A DNA stretch of 54,405 bases from NCBI GenBank assembly GCA_946532115.1, contig CAMNBC010000001.1:1-54405 (forward strand), read 5' to 3'. The notes below the pieces were generated by a model. That model was not told the origin of the DNA, made no database searches, and was given only the letters and a program-made list of their open reading frames with translations. Within the stretch, counting starts at the first letter, position 1; every line of letters starts with the position of its first letter. The position numbers were made by a program, and so were the translations under genes. The stretch comes from an uncultured Treponema sp. (GTDB taxonomy: Bacteria > Spirochaetota > Spirochaetia > Treponematales > Treponemataceae). Positions 9,805-18,520 of this stretch are shown here, piece by piece.

Positions 9805-10164
9805 ATGAAGAACGAAGAAATCTGTGAATGCGAAATAATTCACAATGAAGTAGTCAAAGCTGTGCGCGAGACTCTTCCCAAAGACGAAGTAATCTGTGAC
9901 CTTGCTGATTTTTTCAAGATTTTTGGGGATACAACCCGCGTAAAAATTCTTTATTCGCTGGATAAAAGTGATATGTGTGTCTGCGATATTTCAGCCCTGC
10001 TCGGAATGTCAATTTCCGCTGTATCACATCAATTAAAAAATCTGCGCGATTCAAACCTTGTTAAAACAAGACGCGACGGAAAGATTGTTTATTACAGTCT
10101 CGCAGATGACCATGTAAAGAGTATTCTGGAATGCGGATTTGAGCACATTCTGGAATTAGAATAA
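9805..10164 (+). CDS. ArsR/SmtB family metal-sensing repressor (CadC/ZiaR-like)
   Basis: FFKIFGDTTRVKIL, MCVCDI, SAVSHQL; both alpha3N Cys ligands and an alpha5 DxHx10Hx2E site. Confidence 0.92.
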   Translation: MKNEEICECEIIHNEVVKAVRETLPKDEVICDLADFFKIFGDTTRVKILYSLDKSDMCVCDISALLGMSISAVSHQLKNLRDSNLVKTRRDGKIVYYSLADDHVKSILECGFEHILELE

Positions 10165-10171
10165 TTTAGAG

Positions 10172-10256
10172 GAGGGGGAAGTCTCCCCCTACGCGCCCAC
10201 TTCGTTGGTCGCTACCCTCTCTGCGGGGCTCAACCGCCGCCCCGCAACGCCCTGCT
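10172..10256. repeat. GC-rich multi-hairpin palindromic repeat, family A, intergenic copy
   Basis: 42 of the first 46 bp identical to 22130-22175 inside mnmE; hairpins AGGGGGA-AGTC-TCCCCCT and GCGGGGC..GCCCCGC. Confidence 0.85.
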
Positions 10257-10276
10257 AAATACAAATGGAGAAGTAT

Positions 10277-12511
10277 ATGGATGAACAAGAATTAGAACAC
10301 GAGCACAAAGAGTGCCAGTGCCATGAAGAACATGAACATAATCATGAGCACCATGACAACTGTGAGTGTCATGAACATAACCACGAACATCATCATAATG
10401 ACGACCACTGCGATTGTCATGATCACGAACATCACCACCATGATGATCATTGCGAGTGTCACGAGCACGGTCACCACCACCATCATGAACATTCCCACGG
10501 GGGATGCAGCTGCGGTTGTGGCCATGAACACGGACATTCACACAACCACGAACACGGCGAAGAAGAAGAAAGCGAGCTCACTGTAAAACAATTGATTCTT
10601 GCCGCAATACTTTTTGTACTTGGATTAGTTATTGAACACTTACCTGTAGCATCTTGGCTAACTAACGTTAGTAAGGCAGATTTAATTCACCGCGCAATTT
10701 ACATGGTGCTTTACTTCGCAGCCTATATCATCACAGGAAAAGATATTGTAATCGGTGCCGTTTCAAATCTCTTTCACGACGAACTGATGGATGAATCCTT
10801 CTTAATGTCAGTTGCATCCATTGGTGCAATTCTTCTTGGCGAATATGAAGAAGCCGTTGCCATTATGATTCTGTATCAGGTTGGTGAAAAGTTCGAAGAT
10901 TATGCCGTAGATAAATCCCGAGACTCAATAGAAGAAATTGCAAAACTCCGCCCCGACCATGCAACAGTAAAAATTGGAACAGAAACCCGTGAAGTTACTC
11001 CTGAAGAAGTAGAAACAGATTCTGTAATCATAGTAAAACCTGGTGACCGCATTCCAATCGACGGCGTTGTAGTAGACGGCGAAAGCTTTGTAGACACATC
11101 TGCCCTCACTGGAGAAAGTATTCCACGCCGCGTAAGTGTCGGAAGCGAAGTTCTCTCCGGTTCAATAAACAAACAGGGAGTTCTGGAAATCCGTACAACC
11201 CGTCATGCAGGAGACTCAGCACTTGCACGTATTCTCGAACTCGTAGAAAATGCGACTGAAAACAAAACAAAGTCAGAACAGTTTGTTACCCGCTTTGCCA
11301 GAGTTTACACACCAATCGTTGTATACTCAGCAATTGCGCTCGCAATCATACCAAGCCTCATAATCGGCTTCAAAACCGGCAACTGGAACTGGCAGGCAAC
11401 CTGGAACACCTGGGTATACCGCGCACTTATGTTCCTCGTAGTAAGCTGTCCTTGTGCAATTGTAATTTCAATTCCACTTTCTTTCTGTGGCGGAATCACT
11501 GCTGCTGCCAGAAAAGGAATCTTAATCAAAGGAAGCGTTTACCTCGAAGCACTTGGTAAAACAAAAACTGCCGTATTCGACAAAACAGGAACCCTTACAA
11601 AAGGAAACTTTGTTGTATCACATATTCACGCGACAGATCCTGCAATTACAGAAACAGAACTTCTTGCACTTGCAACCCACACAGAAATGTTCTCAACACA
11701 CCCAATTTCTGCTTCACTCAAAGCCGCTCATCATGACAAATGCTGTGATCAAGTAAAACTTGAAAATGTTGAAGAAATATCCGGTAAGGGAATTAAAGCT
11801 CTTGTAAACGGTAAGGAAGTTCTTGCCGGTAACACAAAGCTCATGGATCAGTTTGGAATCAAATATGACGAATGCCCTGAACATCTGGATGGAACAATCA
11901 TCCATGTTGCAAGCGAAGGAAAATACAGCGGTCATATTGTAATCAGCGATGAAATTAAAGATGATTCTGCTCAGACTGTAGAAGGTCTTCATAAGATCGG
12001 TGTCGAGAATGTTGTAATGCTCACAGGAGATAACGAACGCGCAGCACACACAGTTGCTGCAAAACTCGGTCTTAAGAAAGCTTACGGCCAGTTACTAAGT
12101 GCAGACAAACTTGCAAAAGTAGAAGAACTACTTAATGAACTCAAAGGCAAAAACGGCAAAAAGCGCGGCACCCTTATTTTCACAGGAGACGGAATAAACG
12201 ATGCACCAGTTCTTGCCCGCGCCGATGCTGGAATTGCAATGGGAAGCATGGGTAGTGATGCCGCAATCGAGGCCGCAGACATCATCGTAATGGAAGACAA
12301 GCCAAGCAAAATTGTAGACGGAATCAAAATCAGCCGACGCACCTTGCGCATAGTTTACGAAAACCTCTATGGTGCACTGGGAATCAAAGGAACTATTCTC
12401 CTTCTTAGTGCCCTCGGTATTTCAAACATGTGGATTGCAGTCTTCGGTGATGTAGGTGTTACAATCCTTGCAGTTTTGAATAGTCTGAGACTTTTGAAAA
12501 AGCAGAAGTAA
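10277..12511 (+). CDS. cadA: Zn/Cd-translocating P1B-type ATPase with His/Cys-rich N terminus
   Basis: TGES, SCPC, DKTGTLT, HP, GDGINDAP, TM8 DVG; GGAG at 10267-10270 favours ATG 10277 over 10265. Confidence 0.92.
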   Translation: MDEQELEHEHKECQCHEEHEHNHEHHDNCECHEHNHEHHHNDDHCDCHDHEHHHHDDHCECHEHGHHHHHEHSHGGCSCGCGHEHGHSHNHEHGEEEESELTVKQLILAAILFVLGLVIEHLPVASWLTNVSKADLIHRAIYMVLYFAAYIITGKDIVIGAVSNLFHDELMDESFLMSVASIGAILLGEYEEAVAIMILYQVGEKFEDYAVDKSRDSIEEIAKLRPDHATVKIGTETREVTPEEVETDSVIIVKPGDRIPIDGVVVDGESFVDTSALTGESIPRRVSVGSEVLSGSINKQGVLEIRTTRHAGDSALARILELVENATENKTKSEQFVTRFARVYTPIVVYSAIALAIIPSLIIGFKTGNWNWQATWNTWVYRALMFLVVSCPCAIVISIPLSFCGGITAAARKGILIKGSVYLEALGKTKTAVFDKTGTLTKGNFVVSHIHATDPAITETELLALATHTEMFSTHPISASLKAAHHDKCCDQVKLENVEEISGKGIKALVNGKEVLAGNTKLMDQFGIKYDECPEHLDGTIIHVASEGKYSGHIVISDEIKDDSAQTVEGLHKIGVENVVMLTGDNERAAHTVAAKLGLKKAYGQLLSADKLAKVEELLNELKGKNGKKRGTLIFTGDGINDAPVLARADAGIAMGSMGSDAAIEAADIIVMEDKPSKIVDGIKISRRTLRIVYENLYGALGIKGTILLLSALGISNMWIAVFGDVGVTILAVLNSLRLLKKQK

Positions 12512-12520
12512 TATAAGAAT

Positions 12521-12583
12521 GGATTGCTTCGCTTCGCTCACAATGACGCGTCATTGTGAGCGAGCAGAGCGACGTAACAATCT
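12521..12583. repeat. Head-to-head pair of CGTC-tagged REP-like palindromes
   Basis: Perfect 30-bp palindrome TCGCTCACAATGACG|CGTCATTGTGAGCGA (12534-12563); each unit reads CGTCATTGTGAG...CAATC. Confidence 0.75.
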
Positions 12584-12631
12584 ATATCTACACTATTTGC
12601 CACAAGTTTGAATTTTTCTTATACTAAATCC

Positions 12632-13387
12632 ATGAATCTCAACAACATTGTAATTGTATTAGACCATCCGGATGAATCCAGAAACATTGGTGCTGCATGC
12701 CGTGCAATGGCGAACAATGATATAAGCGAACTCCGAATTGTCGGCAACAAAGCTGATTATGACATAGAACATATTCACGTGCTTGCAATTCACGCAGGCG
12801 GCATTTTTGATAAGGCAAACTTTTATAACTCTATAACCGAAGCAACAGCAGACTGCGCAATCTGTGCAGGCACAACCCGCCGCCGTGGCAAGAAGCGCGG
12901 AAAACTTCTTTTACCGGAAGAGTTTGCGGATATGGCAGAAAGCATTACACAAAATGCAAAGGTTGCCGTAATTTTTGGAAATGAACGCACAGGCCTTACA
13001 GACGAACAACTGGATGAATGTAACCTGGGTGTAACAATACCTTCTTCAGATAATTTTGGTTCGTTGAATCTTAGCCACGCAGTTCAGATTATGAGCTATC
13101 ATCTTTTCAGAAAAGCTCTTGTCCAGAAAAAAGGTGAATACCACGGTTATACGCCACTAACACTCGAACGTGTTGACCGCACAGTTCAGACCATTACGGA
13201 CAATATGCAGAAAATCGGATTTTTTAAAATGCCTGGCCGCAAAGATATGGAAAACTTCTGGCGCAGCATATTGAGCCGCGCAAGCCTTTCTGAAGGCGAG
13301 GCACAGTATCTTGAAAAGACGTTCAGTAAAATGGCGGGGCTTGCTTCTAAGAACTCAAATAGTCCTGCCGATTGTTCTCTTCAATAA
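12632..13387 (+). CDS. SPOUT RNA methyltransferase, TrmJ/TrmH family
   Basis: NIGAACRAMAN, FGNERTGL, IPSS..FGSLNLSHAVQI; ATG 12632 lies 6 nt after TTGCCA-17-TATACT. Confidence 0.88.
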   Translation: MNLNNIVIVLDHPDESRNIGAACRAMANNDISELRIVGNKADYDIEHIHVLAIHAGGIFDKANFYNSITEATADCAICAGTTRRRGKKRGKLLLPEEFADMAESITQNAKVAVIFGNERTGLTDEQLDECNLGVTIPSSDNFGSLNLSHAVQIMSYHLFRKALVQKKGEYHGYTPLTLERVDRTVQTITDNMQKIGFFKMPGRKDMENFWRSILSRASLSEGEAQYLEKTFSKMAGLASKNSNSPADCSLQ

Positions 13388-15314
13388 ATTTTACAAACTC
13401 GGCTTCTGTCAGCGGTTTGCTGAAATAGAAGCCCTGCGCGTAAGTGATTCCTAACGATTCAAGATATTCATACTGTTCTTTAGTCTCAATACCTTCAACA
13501 ACAATCTTGCGGCCTATCTGCAGCAGCATACTTATCATATTTTCAAGAAGGATTTTTGCATTTTTTGTACCATCTGTTCCATCTTCCTTAAAACACGGCC
13601 ACAATAAACTTTTGTCTATTTTTATCATTTCAAAATCGGCTTTTGCAATACGGGAAAGATTTGAATAACCAGTACCAAAATCATCCATAGAAAAAGAACA
13701 GCCAAACTTTCTCAACTCTTCCATATTCTTCTTAAGCATATAACCGGAAGTTACTGCAATAGATTCTGTAATTTCAAGGTTTACACTATCCGGAGCTATA
13801 TTATGCTTCATCAAAAGAGACTTCATTAATTTTGGAAGATTTGCATCTACAGACTGTAAGCCCGAAAGATTTACTTCAATATGATTTACACCTTTTTTTC
13901 GAAGATTATTTTCAGACATAAAACTGAAAACATGATTAAAAATTAAACTACTCAAAGGCATAATCATACCTTTTTTTTCTGCAAGAGGAATAAATTCTTC
14001 CGGCGAAACATAACCAATTGTCTGCTCATCTTTTAAGCGGACAAGTGCTTCGGCATTTGAGAAACGTTTTTGAGACATATTATAAATCGGCTGATAATAC
14101 ATTTCTATTGCATCAGCTTTTATAGCATCAGAAACCACATGAAGAATCTTACGATGCCTGATTCGTTTTTCACGAGCTTTCTCATCAATGCGTTTGATAA
14201 AACCAATTGTCTGTCCGTAAGTTTCAGCTTCTTCTGCAAAGTCTAAAAGTTCCTGAACACTTCCGTCAAAAGGGAAATCTTCAGGACAACAAAGTACATT
14301 TGCATGAGAATTCAACCGAATTGATTTATCCTTAAATTCCCAGGGTTGAGAAAAACGATCTACAAGTATTTCAAGATAAGTATTTAACTTTGAAATTCTC
14401 TTGAAATCAATAATGAAGACAAGAGTCATACGGTTCATACGGTAACATTGAGTTTTAAAAGTCTTTTCAACATAAATTCTAATTTCTGTAAGAACATCAG
14501 AAATCATGGTGTTGCTTGCATAATTCTCAATAATTGTTGCTTCATCAAGCTCTATACTTACAACCGCAAATTCTTTTTCACGATTAAGACTTTCCTGCAA
14601 AACTGTTCTCAATGCATAATAATTAAAAGCTCTGGTTTCACCATCAAGATATTCAGAAGGATTTTCAAGCGACAAAAACATCAGCAGAATAATTGCCGCG
14701 ATACCAACACTGGAAATCAAAATCTTAGGTTCAAGAATCTGTGCCCCACCAAAACCGATCCACAAAGCCATTGTCATAAGCACGCAGATTTTCTGTTTAC
14801 GGTGTGCTTTATTTTTCATATGGCGCAATGTTTGAAAAACTGTCATAAATGAATAAATAATGAGCACCGCATATACACAGTTTACCATCAAACCATAAGA
14901 ATAAATTCCATCTTCTTCTATATAGTAATCAATTGGAGCAAATAAAGCAGAAGCAAGCGCTACTACATACGAAGCAATAATAAGCGAGAGTTCAGGTTTT
15001 GTATAAGGTCTCTGATCCCGATTAAGCATATCAATGTAAAGATAAATACATGATAGTGCTACATACAAACATATAATAAACCCCTGATGAGTAAAACGAA
15101 CAAACCACAGGGGAAGATAATCAAAATATACAAGAGCAAATACAGTTGCAAAATCAAAAATAAGGTATAAGAGAGAACTAACCATTAAAACGGTAAAAAT
15201 TCTGTTTGAGACGAGTTTTATTTTTGGCCTCAGAAAATAAATTACCTCAAGAATCAGCAGAATTGTAAGAGAGGCAATTTGAAATCTGATATGATTGAAC
15301 AAAAACGAATTCAT
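13347..15314 (-). CDS. Multi-TM sensor with degenerate GGDEF and intact EAL c-di-GMP phosphodiesterase
   Basis: About 7 hydrophobic segments; YQPI, AEALVRL, LEITES, MDDFGTGYS, IKIDKS, VEGIE; GGDEF position reads NRMTL. Confidence 0.88.
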   Translation of the reverse strand: MNSFLFNHIRFQIASLTILLILEVIYFLRPKIKLVSNRIFTVLMVSSLLYLIFDFATVFALVYFDYLPLWFVRFTHQGFIICLYVALSCIYLYIDMLNRDQRPYTKPELSLIIASYVVALASALFAPIDYYIEEDGIYSYGLMVNCVYAVLIIYSFMTVFQTLRHMKNKAHRKQKICVLMTMALWIGFGGAQILEPKILISSVGIAAIILLMFLSLENPSEYLDGETRAFNYYALRTVLQESLNREKEFAVVSIELDEATIIENYASNTMISDVLTEIRIYVEKTFKTQCYRMNRMTLVFIIDFKRISKLNTYLEILVDRFSQPWEFKDKSIRLNSHANVLCCPEDFPFDGSVQELLDFAEEAETYGQTIGFIKRIDEKAREKRIRHRKILHVVSDAIKADAIEMYYQPIYNMSQKRFSNAEALVRLKDEQTIGYVSPEEFIPLAEKKGMIMPLSSLIFNHVFSFMSENNLRKKGVNHIEVNLSGLQSVDANLPKLMKSLLMKHNIAPDSVNLEITESIAVTSGYMLKKNMEELRKFGCSFSMDDFGTGYSNLSRIAKADFEMIKIDKSLLWPCFKEDGTDGTKNAKILLENMISMLLQIGRKIVVEGIETKEQYEYLESLGITYAQGFYFSKPLTEAEFVKFIEENNRQDYLSS

Positions 15315-15379
15315 CTTCCATATATTTTACAACGAGATATGCATTAACGCTAGTTAAATATTTTGGTATAATTTAAACT

Positions 15380-16063
15380 ATGAAATTTTCTCACCTTCTT
15401 TTTGATATGGATAACACACTTTACCCTTCAAGCTCTGCCATGGATAAAGGGATTACACGACGAATGCTTGAATGTGTCGCAGAGTTTTTTCATTGTGATA
15501 TGGAGAAGGCAATTGAACTCAGGGCAGAGAGAATTGTTCATTACTCTACTACTCTTGAATGGCTTAGAGCAGAAGGAATGACTAATATAGAAGGATTTCT
15601 GGCACATGTGCACCCTGCAAACGAAGCTGATGAATTGCCTCCACAGCCAGGTCTCCGGGAGTTTCTTATTTCACTTAATATGCCGATGTCAGTCTTAACT
15701 AACGCACCACATGAACACGCCGATACAGTTTTAGGAAAACTTGGAATTGCAGATTTGTTTGAAGCTGTAACTGATATACGTGATGCGGGCTTTAATGGAA
15801 AACCATATCCTGATGCATTTATGGCAGCTTTACATAAAGTTGGGGCAAACATTGAAAACACCCTTTTTCTGGATGATATGCAAAAATATACCGACGGCTG
15901 GGTAGCACTTGGTGGAACTGCAGTTTTGATTGGAAACTCAAATGGAAAACCCCTGGCAGAAGATGCGGAATCTATGATTAAGGCAAGAGCTGCAAACAAA
16001 ACCGGAAAAGCCGGTAAAACAATCAGAATGAATTCTATTTATGAAATAAAGGATATTTTATGA
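15380..16063 (+). CDS. HAD-superfamily hydrolase (pyrimidine 5'-nucleotidase-like)
   Basis: FDMDNTLY, LTNA, GKP, FLDD motifs I-IV. Confidence 0.85.
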   Translation: MKFSHLLFDMDNTLYPSSSAMDKGITRRMLECVAEFFHCDMEKAIELRAERIVHYSTTLEWLRAEGMTNIEGFLAHVHPANEADELPPQPGLREFLISLNMPMSVLTNAPHEHADTVLGKLGIADLFEAVTDIRDAGFNGKPYPDAFMAALHKVGANIENTLFLDDMQKYTDGWVALGGTAVLIGNSNGKPLAEDAESMIKARAANKTGKAGKTIRMNSIYEIKDIL

Positions 16064-16974
16064 AAAAAATACTTTGCATTTGTTTAAGCTCTACAATTCA
16101 AAGAACAATTAGTTTTGACTCACTTGCCCTCACAAAAGTTAACCGTTCAAAACACTACAGGCAGGATGCATCTGGAAAAGCCGTAAACAGTGCCCGCGTA
16201 CTTGAACAGCTGGAATCAGGCTGCAGCATAATAGTATGCCCACTCGGAGAAAATAATGTAAAAAAATTTACAGACGATGCCGCGCGCGACAAACTTAATC
16301 TTTTATACACCACAATTCCTGGTGCAACACGTGAATGCTGGACTCTTCTTGACCGTACAGCCGGAACTACAACAGAACTTGTTGTTGGCGAACCTGTACT
16401 AAAGAGTGATGAAGAAAAAAAGGCAGTTGCCTCTGCTGAAATCAAACTGCTTAAAATAATAAATGATATACTTCCACAAGTCGACGGTGTTTTACTTGCC
16501 GGAAGCCGTCCAGCAATCTGGAGTGAAGATTTATATGCTACAATCAGTGGAATGACACAGGATGCTGGAAAAATATTTCTGGCAGATTTTATTGGTTCTG
16601 ATATGACCAGAACCCTTGCCACTGCAATACCTCAAATCATCAAAATTAATGAAGAAGAATTCCGCACCACCTTCCCGGAAATTGCCACAACACCACTCAA
16701 AGAAGCAATCATCAAAAAAAGTCAGGAGCTTGCAAACATAATTGTAATAACCCGAGGCACTGACTCTACCTTAGCTGCAGTCCGAGGTCAATTCTACGAA
16801 TGCCCTGCAGAAAAAGTCACAGCATTGAACACAACTGCATGCGGCGACAGCTTTAATGCAGGATTTCTTTACGAATACCTTCAGAATGGCGATATAGAAG
16901 CAGCCCTCAAAAAAGGCACCTGGTGTGCAGCCCGTAACGCCGAGCTTGAAACACCCGGTGCAATAAGAGAATAA
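16060..16974 (+). CDS. PfkB family carbohydrate kinase (1-phosphofructokinase/tagatose-6-P kinase-like)
   Basis: SGKAVNSAR, KINEEE, ITRG, NTTACGDSFNAG; ATGA overlap with the HAD gene. Confidence 0.85.
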   Translation: MKKILCICLSSTIQRTISFDSLALTKVNRSKHYRQDASGKAVNSARVLEQLESGCSIIVCPLGENNVKKFTDDAARDKLNLLYTTIPGATRECWTLLDRTAGTTTELVVGEPVLKSDEEKKAVASAEIKLLKIINDILPQVDGVLLAGSRPAIWSEDLYATISGMTQDAGKIFLADFIGSDMTRTLATAIPQIIKINEEEFRTTFPEIATTPLKEAIIKKSQELANIIVITRGTDSTLAAVRGQFYECPAEKVTALNTTACGDSFNAGFLYEYLQNGDIEAALKKGTWCAARNAELETPGAIRE

Positions 16975-17039
16975 ATTGCTACATCAAACACCGTTGAGAA
17001 TACAATAAAGCGATTAAATCCCCTAGGTAATACCGCTGA

Positions 17040-17096
17040 TTGAACAAATAATGACTAGATAATATAATGAATTAAATTAGGCAACCGGTTGCCTAA
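17040..17096 (+). promoter_or_regulatory. Sigma70 promoter followed by a LacI-family-like operator
   Basis: TTGAAC(17040)-17bp-TATAAT(17063); perfect 20-bp palindrome TTAGGCAACC|GGTTGCCTAA at 17077-17096. Confidence 0.75.
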
Positions 17097-17136
17097 AATT
17101 TGTGGCCTGTAAAATCAGGCACTAACAGGAGAATAT

Positions 17137-18111
17137 ATGAGTATCGAAAAAAAGCCACTTGTAAACGACCTTTACACAGCTGACCCTTCCGCACACGTTT
17201 TCAACGGAAAGATTTACATCTACCCTTCACATGACGAAGATATCGATGTAGAAAGCAATGACAACGGTGACCAGTATGATATGAAAGATTATCACGTTTA
17301 CGAAATGAAAGACACAGAAACATACCCACGAGATTGCGGCTGTGTTTTCACTCTTAAAGATGTAAAATGGGCAAGCAAACAGCTCTGGGCTCCTGACTGT
17401 GCAGAAAAAGATGGAAAATACTATTTCTATTTCCCAGCTCGCGACAAAACAGGAATGTTCCGCGTAGGTGTTGCAGTAGGCGATAAGCCAGAAGGTCCAT
17501 TCACACCGGAAGACGATTATATTCAGGGTACTTATTCTATTGACCCATGCTGCTTCCAGGACACAGACAACAAATACTACCTTACAATGGGTGGACTCTG
17601 GGGCGGACAGCTTGATCAGTACCGCGACAACAAATGGAGCGCAGACAATAAAGAACCACAGGGAAAAGAACCTGCCTGTACACCAAAAATCGCACTTCTT
17701 AAAGACAATATGAAGGAACTCGCAGAAGATTTGCGCGACCTCGTAATTGTTGATGAAAAAGGACAGCCTCTTACAGGTGGAGATGATGTTCGCCGCTACT
17801 TCGAAGATCCATGGTTGTTCAAAAAGGATGACACTTACTACTTCACATACTCAACAGGTACATCACACCTTTTGTGCTATGCAACAAGCAAGAACGTTTA
17901 CGGACCATATACATACGGTGGATGTATTCTTTCACCGGTTCTTGGCTGGACAACACACCACTCAATCCTCGAGTTCAACGGCAAGTGGTACCTCTTCTAC
18001 CACGACTGCGAACGCTCAAATGGTATCAACCAGAAGCGTAACGTAAAGTTCCGCGAGCTTACCTTTAAGCCGGATGGAAAGATTCAGACTATGGACGGTT
18101 TCGACCGCTAA
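17137..18111 (+). CDS. GH43 beta-xylosidase/alpha-L-arabinofuranosidase (cytoplasmic)
   Basis: YTADPSAH, YPSHD, QLWAPD, SIDP, RYFEDPW, WTTHHSI; AGGAG RBS; no signal peptide. Confidence 0.92.
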   Translation: MSIEKKPLVNDLYTADPSAHVFNGKIYIYPSHDEDIDVESNDNGDQYDMKDYHVYEMKDTETYPRDCGCVFTLKDVKWASKQLWAPDCAEKDGKYYFYFPARDKTGMFRVGVAVGDKPEGPFTPEDDYIQGTYSIDPCCFQDTDNKYYLTMGGLWGGQLDQYRDNKWSADNKEPQGKEPACTPKIALLKDNMKELAEDLRDLVIVDEKGQPLTGGDDVRRYFEDPWLFKKDDTYYFTYSTGTSHLLCYATSKNVYGPYTYGGCILSPVLGWTTHHSILEFNGKWYLFYHDCERSNGINQKRNVKFRELTFKPDGKIQTMDGFDR

Positions 18112-18129
18112 CATCCCCCATAAGTAAGC

Positions 18130-18164
18130 AAAAAAAAATCCAGTCGCAAGACTGGATTTTTTTT
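18130..18164. terminator. Bidirectional intrinsic terminator
   Basis: A9-TCCAGTC-GCAA-GACTGGA-T8. Confidence 0.85.
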
Positions 18165-18185
18165 GGGCCATCTAAGACTTGAACT
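18164..18185 (-). repeat. 22-bp direct duplicate of the tRNA 3' end (att-like)
   Basis: TGGGCCATCTAAGACTTGAACT is identical to 18333-18354. Confidence 0.9.
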
Positions 18186-18294
18186 CGCCTACGATAGCAG
18201 AACCGTTAAAAAACGAGCTGCGGCAGCGGGTCGTTTTAGGTTCTACCATCGTATGGCGCACGAGCAGGTTATACCTGCGAGTTTTGAAAGATAT

Positions 18295-18326
18295 AAAAAA
18301 AGGATCCTGTTTCACACAGAATCCTT
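18295..18326 (-). terminator. Intrinsic terminator downstream of the tRNA
   Basis: Minus strand AAGGATTCTGT-GTGAA-ACAGGATCCTT followed by a T run. Confidence 0.7.
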
Positions 18327-18332
18327 AAAACA

Positions 18333-18405
18333 TGGGCCATCTAAGACTTGAACTTAGGACCAAAGGATTATGAGTCCTCTGCTCTAACCACTGAGCTAAT
18401 GGCCC
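18333..18405 (-). tRNA. tRNA with CAT anticodon, probably tRNA-Ile2 (lysidine-modified); CCA not encoded
   Basis: GGGCCATTAGCTCAGTGGTTAGAGCAGAGGACTCATAATCCTTTGGTCCTAAGTTCAAGTCTTAGATGGCCCA folds as a cloverleaf; G1:C72 paired and no three G:C anticodon-stem pairs, so not an initiator; D and anticodon arms resemble ileX-type tRNAs; promoter TTGAAT-17-TACATT at 18447-18419. Confidence 0.9.
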
Positions 18406-18520
18406 GGAATGTTTTTATAATGTATCAGATTATCACAAAAAATTCAATAAGCTAAAAAAAAGATTGAAAAGTTAGAAACATAGTGTAATAATAAAAAGAC
18501 TAGGATTAAAAGGTTTTAGT

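Noticed and set aside
10292-10560. CRISPR-like or non-coding repeat array, and antisense ORFs 10230-10541 and 10292-10537
   Set aside because: The periodicity is His/Glu/Cys codon repetition within cadA; there is no constant repeat with unique spacers
18163-18351. 62-aa ORF spanning the tRNA-linked element
   Set aside because: TTG start inside a terminator T-run, no RBS, runs antisense into the tRNA
18164-18354. Intact prophage or genomic island at the tRNA att site
   Set aside because: Only 147 bp lie between the direct repeats and no integrase is present
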